DNA from: a bacterium
GTDB taxonomy: Bacteria > RBG-13-61-14 > DATKZS01
NCBI GenBank assembly: GCA_963674965.2
Contig: CAXXFL010000006.1
Span: forward strand, 992,001 to 1,056,000
DNA: 64,000 nucleotides
Direction of reading: 5' to 3'
Shown here: positions 55,479 to 64,000 of the stretch, one piece after another
Numbering within the stretch: position 1 is the stretch's first letter
How the letters are laid out: the number at the start of each line of letters is the position of its first letter
The notes under the pieces: model-generated
The model's input: the letters and a program-made list of their open reading frames with translations, nothing else
Databases searched by the model: none
Told to the model about the DNA's origin: nothing
Made by a program: the position numbers and the translations under genes

Positions 55479-57362
55479 TCAGGTCAGCTCGATGACCGGC
55501 CTCTTGACCATTTCCCACTCGCCCTTGGCGGGATGCCAAATGGCGTTGGCGAAGACCTTCCAGTCGTCCTTCATTTCCGGGAAGTCGGCGCGGCGGTAGT
55601 AACCGGGCCACCTGGTCTCCTCGCGGAAGAGGATGGTGCGGACGTGGACTTCGGCCTGCCACATGCGCTGTATGTTCTCCCAGCACCTCATGAGCTCGTG
55701 CAGGTCCTCGGCGGCAAGGTTGGCGGAGTCGGTCTTGAGCCAACCGAGCAGCTCGAGAGCGCGGTCGAGGCAGGGCTTGTTGGTCGAGAAGTTGGCGGTA
55801 ACGCCGGCGGCGTACTCGTCCATGATCTTCTGCAGGCGGAACATGAACATCTTAGGCCTGATGTAGTTGGGGTTGATGTCCGGGTCGGTGGTCTTGCCCT
55901 TGTTCTCCTCGAAAATCTTGAGGGGAGCAAGGATGGTCGCTTTCAGCTTCTCGACGGCGCCCGCGTCCACGTTGGGCTGGGAGTTGTTGTCGAGGATGAA
56001 GCGTATGGCCGCCTTGGCCGCGATCCTGCCCTCGGCGTGGGAGCCGGAGGAGAACTTGTGGCTGGAGGCGCCGGAGGCGTCGCCCGCGCAGAACAGACCC
56101 TTGATGGTGGACATGTTCTCATAGCCCCAGAAGTACTCGGCGGGGGCCAGGTCCTGGGGACCGGAGACCCAGGCGCCGGAGGCGCCGGAGTGGGAGCCGA
56201 TGAAGTAAGGCTCGGCGGCGGCGATCTCGGAGGATTTCTCCTCGGGCTGCACGTCGCTGGCGGCCCAGAGGATGGCCTGGGAGATGGTCATGTCCAGGAA
56301 GTCTTCCCACGCCTCGGCCTCGAGCTCCTTCATTTTCTTCTTGAACTCTTTCTCGTCGTCCTTGTACTGGTTGGCTATGTTCTGGATGGCCTCTTCCGTC
56401 CTCATGTAGATGGGGCCGAGACCGTCGTTGATGTCCATCATGCCCAGCCAGTTGCGGAGGTTCGCCGGGATGGGCTTGACCACTCCGTAGGGTTTCCACT
56501 TATCGAGCTCGGCTTTCCTCTCGACCATGTACTCGCCGCCGAAGGCGTTGGTGGCGCGGGACTTGAACAGGAGGAACCAGGCTCCGACCGGTCCATAACC
56601 GTCCTTGAAGCGGACGGGGATGAAGCGGACTTCCTGGCAGGTGAGCTCGGCGCCGGCCTTGGCGCAGAAGTAGGTGGAGGAGCCGGAGTTCCAGGGCGGA
56701 TACCAGGCGCGCCCGAGGCCCTCACCGGTGCTCCGGGGACGGAACACGTGGACCGCGCCGCCCATGAGGGACATAACGGCCTTGGCCTTGATGACGTAGA
56801 ACTTGTTCTCGCGGACCGAGAAGCCGACGGCCCCGGCGATCCTTTCGCCGTCCATGAGCGGCTCGACGAGGAACACGCGCTCGAGAATCTGGCCGTCGTC
56901 GCCCAGGTTCTTCATCGAGTTCTTGGCGGCCTCGGCCACGATGACCTTGTAGGACTCGCCGTTGATCATGAGCTGCCAGCGGCCCTCATGCACGTATCCG
57001 CCGTTCTCGTCCTTCCAGATGGGCAGGCCCCACTTCTCGAAGAGGTGGACCGAGCTGTCGACGTGGCGGGCGATGGAGAAGACCAGGTCGTCGCGGGCGA
57101 TGCCCATGAGGTCCTGCTTCACGTATTTCACGTAGTCCTCGACGGTGTTGTCGCCGTCTTTGATTCCCACGTACTGGTTGATGGCGGAAAGGCCCATGGC
57201 CACGGCGCCGGAGCGGTCCATGGCGGCCTTGTCGACCACGGTCACTTTCAGGCCGTTCTTCTTGGCCCAATAGGCGGCCTCGAAGGCGGCGCCGGAGGCG
57301 CTCATGCCGCCGCCGATGATCAGAAGATCGGTGGTGATTTCAACGTTTTCAAAGTTTTGCAT
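55479..57362 (-). CDS. aprA: Adenylylsulfate reductase alpha subunit
   Basis: RSGAVAMGLSAIN, WQLMINGESYK, GRAWYPPW, RFKDGYGPVGAWF, HKFSSGSHAEGR, REETRWPGYY. Confidence 0.98.
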   Translation of the reverse strand: MQNFENVEITTDLLIIGGGMSASGAAFEAAYWAKKNGLKVTVVDKAAMDRSGAVAMGLSAINQYVGIKDGDNTVEDYVKYVKQDLMGIARDDLVFSIARHVDSSVHLFEKWGLPIWKDENGGYVHEGRWQLMINGESYKVIVAEAAKNSMKNLGDDGQILERVFLVEPLMDGERIAGAVGFSVRENKFYVIKAKAVMSLMGGAVHVFRPRSTGEGLGRAWYPPWNSGSSTYFCAKAGAELTCQEVRFIPVRFKDGYGPVGAWFLLFKSRATNAFGGEYMVERKAELDKWKPYGVVKPIPANLRNWLGMMDINDGLGPIYMRTEEAIQNIANQYKDDEKEFKKKMKELEAEAWEDFLDMTISQAILWAASDVQPEEKSSEIAAAEPYFIGSHSGASGAWVSGPQDLAPAEYFWGYENMSTIKGLFCAGDASGASSHKFSSGSHAEGRIAAKAAIRFILDNNSQPNVDAGAVEKLKATILAPLKIFEENKGKTTDPDINPNYIRPKMFMFRLQKIMDEYAAGVTANFSTNKPCLDRALELLGWLKTDSANLAAEDLHELMRCWENIQRMWQAEVHVRTILFREETRWPGYYRRADFPEMKDDWKVFANAIWHPAKGEWEMVKRPVIELT

Positions 57363-57377
57363 GGGACTCCTCCTTAC

Positions 57378-57818
57378 TTACTTTTTGGTCACTACGGCGT
57401 CGAGGCCAAGTGAAGCCGGCTCGGTATGGAGGGTAAAGTCCTTGATGTCTCCACTTCCGTCGCCGAAACCGCCGTCCGGTACCGCCGATCCCTCGGGGGT
57501 GGTACGGATGGGGAACTTGAACCTTTTCACCTGTCCGCTGCGGAACTTGACCGTCCACATGATGGAGTCGGTGCTGCGCATCGGGGTAACCGAGGCGCCC
57601 ATGGGCACGAAATCGGCGTAACCGCGGCACTCAACGGCCTGGGTCGGGCAAATCTTTACGCAGTTGTAGCACTCCCAGCACATCTCGGGGGCGCGGTTGT
57701 AGGCCTTCATGAGGTCCTTGTTGAGGACCATAAGGTCGTTGGGGCAAATGTACTGGCAAGCCGTCTTGTCCAGCGCCTTGCAACCGTCGCATTTTTCGGG
57801 ATTGACAAAGCTTGGCAT
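57378..57818 (-). CDS. aprB: Adenylylsulfate reductase beta subunit
   Basis: CDGC..TACQYICPNDLM, CWECYNCVKICP, RGYADF, KRFKFPIRTTPEG. Confidence 0.98.
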   Translation of the reverse strand: MPSFVNPEKCDGCKALDKTACQYICPNDLMVLNKDLMKAYNRAPEMCWECYNCVKICPTQAVECRGYADFVPMGASVTPMRSTDSIMWTVKFRSGQVKRFKFPIRTTPEGSAVPDGGFGDGSGDIKDFTLHTEPASLGLDAVVTKK

Positions 57819-57964
57819 ATTTTTTCCTCCTGTTTCTAAAATTTAATTTCAGGGAAATTCATTCCCATTGATACGCCACTGTTTCCTGGTTTCATTTCGA
57901 TTTGTTTACCGTTTAAGATCGCACCTCCTTAATCGTCAATAAACTACGCCTTATTACTATATAT

Positions 57965-59185
57965 TCAGTCCTTCTTCGTGTCGCCGGTGGCCGCGCCGTG
58001 CAGCTTTATCTCCACTTTTTCGTCGAGGTTTTTGTAGTAGTCCTGGAGGATCTTCACCACCTCGGGCCTGGAGAACTCGGCCGGCAGGTCTCCACCCTCG
58101 GAGAGGGTCTTCCTGACCATGGTGCCGGAAAGAAGAAGGCGGTCTTCCTTGCCGTGGGGGCAGGTCTTCATCGAGGCCATGCCTCCGCACTTGTAGCAGT
58201 GGAAGGTCCAGTCGATTTTAAGGGGACGAAGAACGAGCGATCCCTCGGGAATCTCGTCGAAGATGTTCTGAGCGTCGAAGGGGCCATAGTAGTCTCCCAC
58301 GCCCGCGTGGTCGCGGCCGACGATCAGATGGGAGCAGCCGTAGTTCTGGCGGAACACGGCGTGGAGAAGGGCCTCCCGAGGTCCGCCGTAGCGCATCTCC
58401 ATGGGATAGCCCTTGGAAATGATGGTGTCCTTCACGAAGTAGTTGTCGGCAAGGGCGTTGATCGCCTTGACCCGGACGTCGGCGGGAATGTCGCCGGCTT
58501 TGAGCTTGCCGAGAATCTGGTGGATGATCACGCCGTCCATGACCTCGACGGCGATCTTGCACAGGAACTCGTGGGAGCGGTGCATGGGGTTCCTGGTCTG
58601 GAAGGCCGCAACCCGGCGCCATCCCTTTTCCTCGAAAATCTTGCGGGTCTGCTCGGGACGCGCGTAAAGGTCGCCGTACTCCTCGGGGAAGGTCCCCTCG
58701 GAAAGGGCCTTGATGGGTCCGCCCAGGTTGTACTTCTTCTGGGCCATGACCTTGGCCACGCCCGGGTGCTCCGTATCGGCGGTGGTGAACACCTTCTTGC
58801 ACTCGTGCTCTTTATCGATGGTGTATTTCTCTTTGACCTTCATGGTGGCCATGACGGTCCCGGACTCCTCGTCCACCAGGGCGATCTCGTCGCCTTCCTT
58901 GACGCCCTCATCGTCGGTCGAGACGGTGATGGGAATGGGCCAGAAAACGCCGTTGGCCATCTGCATTTTGTCGCAAACGCCCTGCCAGTCGGCCTTGCCC
59001 ATGAACCCCTCGAGGGGAGTGAAGGCGCCGATGCCCATCATGATGATGTCGCAGGTTTCGCGGCTGGTGATGTTGATCTTTTTAAGGCCCTGGGCCTTTT
59101 TCAGTTCATCCTCCCTGGCCTTGCCCTCGAGGAGCAAGGGTTTGAGAGTATCCGATCCATGAGGGGGTACCAACGATCCCGCCAT
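57965..59185 (-). CDS. sat: Sulfate adenylyltransferase (ATP sulfurylase)
   Basis: [57 protein letters not shown]. Confidence 0.98.
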   Translation of the reverse strand: MAGSLVPPHGSDTLKPLLLEGKAREDELKKAQGLKKINITSRETCDIIMMGIGAFTPLEGFMGKADWQGVCDKMQMANGVFWPIPITVSTDDEGVKEGDEIALVDEESGTVMATMKVKEKYTIDKEHECKKVFTTADTEHPGVAKVMAQKKYNLGGPIKALSEGTFPEEYGDLYARPEQTRKIFEEKGWRRVAAFQTRNPMHRSHEFLCKIAVEVMDGVIIHQILGKLKAGDIPADVRVKAINALADNYFVKDTIISKGYPMEMRYGGPREALLHAVFRQNYGCSHLIVGRDHAGVGDYYGPFDAQNIFDEIPEGSLVLRPLKIDWTFHCYKCGGMASMKTCPHGKEDRLLLSGTMVRKTLSEGGDLPAEFSRPEVVKILQDYYKNLDEKVEIKLHGAATGDTKKD

Positions 59186-59618
59186 TTTCGAGACTCCTTT
59201 CTGTTTGTGAGTAAGTTTCAGGTCGCTACGCCGGAAAAAGCACCGGTTTCGTTCCCATTCGGTAAATATTATCGTCTTTTTTCAATCCTTAAGAAATCTA
59301 TCGTAAAACGCAAATATCTCCTTTCCCGCCCCGCCGGAGCCGGAAAAGAGTAATTTTCAGTGATTTTCCAGATGGACCCTTTTTTCATTCCCAGTCCGGA
59401 TGTGCCGGACAACTCCTTATTTTCTAATACTTTTCTTACTTTAAGGGATGGGTGATGGACATGGGAACTATACAAATTACCTTAGAGGTTTATATTCCCA
59501 AAAACCCAATTAGAAAAAGGTTAAAACAATATTAAAATTTTATAATTACACCAGGATAACTGCTTTTGAACTCCACGAAACTTTCAACGGGCATGTCCAC
59601 ATCCCCTTGGAAGATGGA

Positions 59619-59647
59619 ATACTATCATGGAAATTTTTACAAGTCAA
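59619..59647 (-). promoter_or_regulatory. Sigma70 promoter facing sat, with a Rex-like operator in the spacer
   Basis: TTGACT-N17-TAGTAT; TTGTAAAAATTTCCATGA (59642-59625) resembles TTGTGAAnnnnTTCACAA. Confidence 0.5.
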
Positions 59648-59845
59648 ATCATAAACACGGGGCTTTAGTCATTTTTTTACTTTTTTCATCGGCCCTTAAA
59701 AAGCCCTTTGGCTTGTTTTAAATCGAAAAATCTGACATAATCGAAAAACTATCGATCCGAAAGGTTACAAAATATGTTAAGTTTCGATTCAAAGTATTCG
59801 GTATACTTGACAAATCACAGGTGAAGCAAAGGAATAAGCATCAAG

Positions 59846-60811
59846 TTGCTCATCATCGTCCAGATACCTTGTCTTAATGAGGAAAAAAGCCTGGCCAAGG
59901 TGATTGAAAGCGTCCCCGCCTCTCTTCCCGGCGCCGACGGGGTCGAGGTGCTTTTAATAAACGACGGCAGCACGGATAAAAGCCTCGATGAGGCGAGGCG
60001 GGCGGGCGTGAGTCACCTGGTTTCCTTCTCGGGACGCCGGGGCTTGGCCAGGGCCTTTGACGCGGGCATGGACGCGGCCCTTAGGCTGGGGGCCGACGTG
60101 ATAGTCAATATCGACGCCGACGGCCAATACGCGGGCGAAGATATCGGCTCCCTGGTGGCCCCAATACTGGCCGGGGAGGCCGACGTGACCGTGGGAGACC
60201 GGGGCATACCTTCCGACCCGTCCTATCCACCGGTTAAAAAGGCCCTCCAGGCCGCCGGTTCATGGACGGTGAGAAGGCTTTCAGGAACGGACGTTATCGA
60301 CGCTTCCTCCGGCTTCAGGGCCTACTCCAGGGAAGCGGCCATGAGGCTGCACCTGGTATCGGATTTCACTTATACCCTTGAGAGCCTCATCCAGGCCGGA
60401 TCGGACAGCCTCGCCGTTAAAAGCGTGCCCATCCGCGCCAGGGAAGTCAACAGGCCCTCGCGCCTTTTTTCCTCCATCCCCGAGTACCTCTCGAAAAGCG
60501 CGGCCACCCTGGTCAGGGTCTACAGCATGTACCAGCCCCTCAAGGTCTTCTCCGCCCTGGGAGGGGTGATTTTCGCCTCGGGTTTCGCCATCGGGATCTG
60601 GTTCCTTTACTACTTTATCAGTGAGGGAGGAAAAGGACACGTACAGTTATTAATCCTGGCGGCGGTCCTCCTTATCATAGGTTTCCAGGTCATGGTCATG
60701 GCACTTCTGGCCGACCTGATAGGGGCCAACCGGAAACTCCTTGGCCAGGTCCTTTTCCGGCTGAAAAGGATGGAAAGCGAAAAGGCCGAAACAAGGAACG
60801 GCTCCGATTGA
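59846..60811 (+). CDS. Glycosyltransferase family 2 with two C-terminal TM helices
   Basis: IPCLNEE, NDGSTD, DADGQY, SGFRAYSR. Confidence 0.92.
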   Translation: MLIIVQIPCLNEEKSLAKVIESVPASLPGADGVEVLLINDGSTDKSLDEARRAGVSHLVSFSGRRGLARAFDAGMDAALRLGADVIVNIDADGQYAGEDIGSLVAPILAGEADVTVGDRGIPSDPSYPPVKKALQAAGSWTVRRLSGTDVIDASSGFRAYSREAAMRLHLVSDFTYTLESLIQAGSDSLAVKSVPIRAREVNRPSRLFSSIPEYLSKSAATLVRVYSMYQPLKVFSALGGVIFASGFAIGIWFLYYFISEGGKGHVQLLILAAVLLIIGFQVMVMALLADLIGANRKLLGQVLFRLKRMESEKAETRNGSD

Positions 60812-60839
60812 TGGCCGGGATCGGCGGACGATCTTCTTT

Positions 60840-62048
60840 ATGGAATCGATCAGGCCAGGACTTTTAATAGTGACCACAACCTTCCCCAGGTGGAAGAACG
60901 ATCCTGGACCGGCTCCTTTCGTGTTCCATCACGCCCGCGCTCTTCTCGATTATTTTGACGTGACGGTCCTCGCTCCCCACCATGAGGGGGCCGCTCCTTG
61001 CGAGGAGATGGACGGAGTGCGGGTAAAAAGGTTTCGCTACGCCCTGCCCTCTTCTCTCGAGCTTCTCGCCGACGGCGCGGGCATCAGGAACAACATGAGG
61101 AAAGGACCCGGCTATAAGCTTTTGGCCCCGGCCCTGGTGGCCTCCGAGTTGGCCGCGCTGCGGCGGATAATCGCGCGGGAAAAATTGGGCCATATAAACT
61201 CTCACTGGCTCATACCCTCGGGCCTGCTTGGCTGCCTGGCCGCTCCTCCCCCGGCAAGGCACGTTATCACGGTTCACGCCGCCGACTACGACCTCCTGAA
61301 AAGACTCCCGGGCGGCAAAGGCGCCATCCGCTGGATGGCTGGACGGGCCTCCCATGTCGTCTGCGTCAGCGAGCGGCTGGCCGATGGGGTCCGGGAGGCG
61401 TCGGGAGGCGCCGCGCGAGTAACGACCATGCCCATGGGCGTATCTCTCAACTCCTTTTCTTTCAGTAAGGCAAGCCGGGCAAAATGGAGGTCTCGTCTCG
61501 AAGTCGGCGAGAAGCCTCTGATGCTTTTCGCGGGCAAGCTCTCGCCCAAGAAAGGCGTCGACGTCCTGCTCCGCGCCCTTTCCAGTCCCGACCTGACGCG
61601 GATGGGGGCGGTCCTCGCCGTCGCCGGCGGCGGAGAACTGAGAGCAAAGCTCGAGCATGAAGCCGCTTCCCTGGGCCTTGGCGGCGGGGTGAAATTCCTC
61701 GGGCCGCTTCCCAACGCCGAGTTGGCCGAGCTTTATAGCGCGTCCGACCTGGTGGTTGTCCCCTCCGTGGTTGACGAGCGGGGCGAGACGGAGGGCATGC
61801 CCGTGGTCATACTCGAGGCCCTGGCCGCCTCCCGTCCGGTGGTGGCCAGCCGCGCCTGTTCGCCTCCCCCCGACCTGGTGGGTCGCGGCGTGACGGTGAC
61901 CGGGGTGGGAGACCATCTCGAGCTGGCCCGGGCCTTAGCCGACGCCATCGCCAACCGGACGCGGGTGGACGCTGACCGGGTGAAAGAGTACGACGTCTCG
62001 AGGGTGGCCAAAAGATACGCCGAGCTATTGCTGGGGGAAGGACGTTGA
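60840..62048 (+). CDS. Glycosyltransferase family 4
   Basis: SHWLIPSG, GKLSPKKGV, EGMPVVILEALA. Confidence 0.92.
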   Translation: MESIRPGLLIVTTTFPRWKNDPGPAPFVFHHARALLDYFDVTVLAPHHEGAAPCEEMDGVRVKRFRYALPSSLELLADGAGIRNNMRKGPGYKLLAPALVASELAALRRIIAREKLGHINSHWLIPSGLLGCLAAPPPARHVITVHAADYDLLKRLPGGKGAIRWMAGRASHVVCVSERLADGVREASGGAARVTTMPMGVSLNSFSFSKASRAKWRSRLEVGEKPLMLFAGKLSPKKGVDVLLRALSSPDLTRMGAVLAVAGGGELRAKLEHEAASLGLGGGVKFLGPLPNAELAELYSASDLVVVPSVVDERGETEGMPVVILEALAASRPVVASRACSPPPDLVGRGVTVTGVGDHLELARALADAIANRTRVDADRVKEYDVSRVAKRYAELLLGEGR

Positions 62049-63226
62049 GGGTCCTCCACGTGACGCCCTATTTCCACGGGGCCTGGTCCTATGGAGGCAT
62101 TCCCCGGCTGTCCTATCACCTGGCCGCCGCCCAGGCCTCATTGGGTCATGAGGTCCACGCCGTCACCACCGACGTCATGGACGAGCATGGGAGGCTCGCG
62201 CCCAGGGACTATACCGTCTCCGGCGTCGAGGTCAGGGTCTATAAGAACATGAGCAACCTGGCGGCCTACCATCTCCAGTTCTTCTGTCCCCTGGGCCTTG
62301 GGGCCGAGAGAAGGACCATATCCGGCTATGACGTGGTCCATATCCACGGGCACCGCAACCTCCACAACCATCGCCTCGCGGCCATGGCCAGGCAAGCCGG
62401 GACCTTGAACGTCATGCAGCCCAACGGCACCCTGGTCAACATCGAAAGGCGCCGGGGCCTGAAGACGGTTTACGACCTCCTCCTCGGCCGGTCGCAAGTA
62501 AAGGGGACCGACGGTTTCATCGCGGTCTCGCAAATCGAAAAGGCCCAGTTCGTTGAGATGGGCGTTCCGGAGGAACTGATCGAGGTCCACCCGAACGGGG
62601 TGGCCGTCGAGGAGTCGGCCGATGAGGTATCCTTCAAAAAGGAATTCAGGATCGACTCGGATTACCTTTTATACCTGGGAAAGATCACGCCTCGAAAAGG
62701 CGTCGAGCACGTCATATCCGCCCTTCCCCTCCTGGCCGACGAGAGTATAATTATGGTGGTGGCGGGAAACGACATGGGATACAGGGAAGTCCTTGAAAGG
62801 AAGGCCCGCGCCCTGGGCCTCGCGAGCAGGGTCGTCTTTACCGGGCTGTTAACCGGCCAGATGAAGGCGGCCGCCTTCCGCGAGGCCCTCTATACGGTCT
62901 ACGCCGGAAGGGACGAGATATTCGGGCTGGTGCCGTGGGAGTCCCTTTTATACGGCACGCCCGTTATCGTGGCCGACGACTCGGGATGCGGGGAATGGGT
63001 CCGCAAAGGAAAGGCCGGTCACGTGGTACCCTACGCCAGCCCCGAGTCCATTGCCCGGATCGTCAATCAATACGACCCGGACCGGGAAAGGGAAACGGTA
63101 AAGCGCGGCGCGGCCTTTTGCCGGGAACGGCTCGATTGGGTTAAGATCGCGGAGGACATGATAAGTTTTTACACGAGACTCCTCGATGATCGGGCCAGCC
63201 GAAAAGCGGGAGGCGTGCATGGGTAG
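62045..63226 (+). CDS. Glycosyltransferase family 4
   Basis: YGG, HPNGV, LGKITPRKG, EIFGLVPWE...GTPVI. Confidence 0.9.
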   Translation: MRVLHVTPYFHGAWSYGGIPRLSYHLAAAQASLGHEVHAVTTDVMDEHGRLAPRDYTVSGVEVRVYKNMSNLAAYHLQFFCPLGLGAERRTISGYDVVHIHGHRNLHNHRLAAMARQAGTLNVMQPNGTLVNIERRRGLKTVYDLLLGRSQVKGTDGFIAVSQIEKAQFVEMGVPEELIEVHPNGVAVEESADEVSFKKEFRIDSDYLLYLGKITPRKGVEHVISALPLLADESIIMVVAGNDMGYREVLERKARALGLASRVVFTGLLTGQMKAAAFREALYTVYAGRDEIFGLVPWESLLYGTPVIVADDSGCGEWVRKGKAGHVVPYASPESIARIVNQYDPDRERETVKRGAAFCRERLDWVKIAEDMISFYTRLLDDRASRKAGGVHG

Positions 63227-63962
63227 GATTACCGACGCCCTGGTGGTGACCCCCGCCTACAACGAGGCCAAGGTCATCGAGGCGACCCTGTCGGCCCTTT
63301 TCGAAAAGGTCGAGCGGGCGCTGGTGGTGGACGACGGCAGTTCGGACGAAACCTCGAGGCGGGCGGCCGCGGCCGGGGCCGAGACCCTGAGGCTGGCCAC
63401 CAACCTGAATTACGGGGGCGCCCTGCAGACGGGTTTTCTCTACGCCGTCAAGAAGACGGACCTTCCCTATATAATGACCTTCGACGCCGACGGCCAGCAC
63501 GACCCTTCCTACCTGGAGGCCATGCTCGAGCCCCTGAGGACGGGCAAGGCCGACTACGTCATCGGCTCGAGATACCTGGAGGGAAGCCCACGCGGGGTGC
63601 CCGCCGCCAGGGACCTGGGCATACGCCTTTTCGCGGCGGCCGCGTCGGCGGTGGTGGGCCAAAGGATTACGGACCCAACCTCGGGACTTCTGGCCATGAC
63701 CAGGGAAGTGGCCCAGGTGCTGTGCTCGGACTTTTTTCCGCAGGATTATCCCGACGCCGACGTGGTGATCCTTTTATCGCGCATGGGGTTCAGGATCATG
63801 GAAGTCCCGGTCAGGATGAAGCCTTCCCCCACTGGAAAGTCCATGCACTCGGGAGTGACTAGGCCGCTTTTTTACGTGGCCAAGATGAGCCTGGCCATGA
63901 TCCACGCCGCGGCGCGTCCGGACCCGCGCCAAAAGAGGAAGGAGGCAAAAATTGCTGCCTGA
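63219..63962 (+). CDS. Glycosyltransferase family 2 (DPM1-like)
   Basis: PAYNE, VDDGSSD, DADGQH, GSRY, DPTSG; start at MGRI after GGAGG. Confidence 0.92.
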   Translation: MGRITDALVVTPAYNEAKVIEATLSALFEKVERALVVDDGSSDETSRRAAAAGAETLRLATNLNYGGALQTGFLYAVKKTDLPYIMTFDADGQHDPSYLEAMLEPLRTGKADYVIGSRYLEGSPRGVPAARDLGIRLFAAAASAVVGQRITDPTSGLLAMTREVAQVLCSDFFPQDYPDADVVILLSRMGFRIMEVPVRMKPSPTGKSMHSGVTRPLFYVAKMSLAMIHAAARPDPRQKRKEAKIAA

Positions 63963-64000
63963 ACAAAGGCCCTTCGCCATATTGACGGCCCTTTTATTGC
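63952..64000 (+). CDS. 5' fragment of the next gene (probable membrane protein, possibly DUF2304-like), cut by the window edge
   Basis: GGAGG at 63941-63945, TTG start, MLPEQRPFAILTALLL... Confidence 0.45.
   Translation, partial: MLPEQRPFAILTALLL

Noticed and set aside
50689-59353. Long plus-strand ORFs (710, 647 and 451 aa) opposite qmoB, aprA and sat, with similar ones opposite smc, GH31, ctpA and the HD-GYP gene
   Set aside because: They are antisense shadows caused by strong GC3 bias; they have no recognisable motifs and the opposite strand encodes well-known proteins
59755-59785. dif-like site (ATATGTTAAGT resembles a XerD arm)
   Set aside because: No matching XerC arm at the 6-bp spacing

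Overview
GC-rich bacterial chromosomal segment of about 52 genes. Gene content points to a deltaproteobacterium-like anaerobe (Desulfobacterota/Myxococcota-like; this is an inference). From left to right it contains: (1) sugar-nucleotide and envelope genes (epimerase, manC, CpsB-type phosphatase, tolQR with two TolA/TonB-like proteins, gmd, rmd-like, HprK-like kinase); (2) gcvT-gcvPA-gcvPB with a KamA-family radical SAM gene; (3) smc, a roadblock gene and gspC; (4) an accessory stretch at about 20-38 kb; (5) ctpA-yibQ-xseA-M23 peptidase; (6) a cNMP-binding protein, a PilT-family ATPase and an MshEN/REC/degenerate HD-GYP/DUF4388 signalling protein; (7) the dissimilatory sulfur cluster sat-aprBA-(two Cys-rich genes)-qmoABC, with qmoA split by a 1-bp frameshift; (8) the start of a glycosyltransferase operon. 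The most unusual items lie in the accessory stretch. One is an orphan glycyl radical enzyme fused to an N-terminal SCP2-like lipid/sterol-binding domain, transcribed divergently from two tandem DUF2378-like paralogs. The other is a low-GC gene just downstream that fuses a class III nucleotide cyclase to a DUF5919-like domain, a candidate single-gene signalling or defence system. I found no rRNA, tRNA, CRISPR array or intact transposase. All family assignments come from recognising motifs by eye; no database searches were run.
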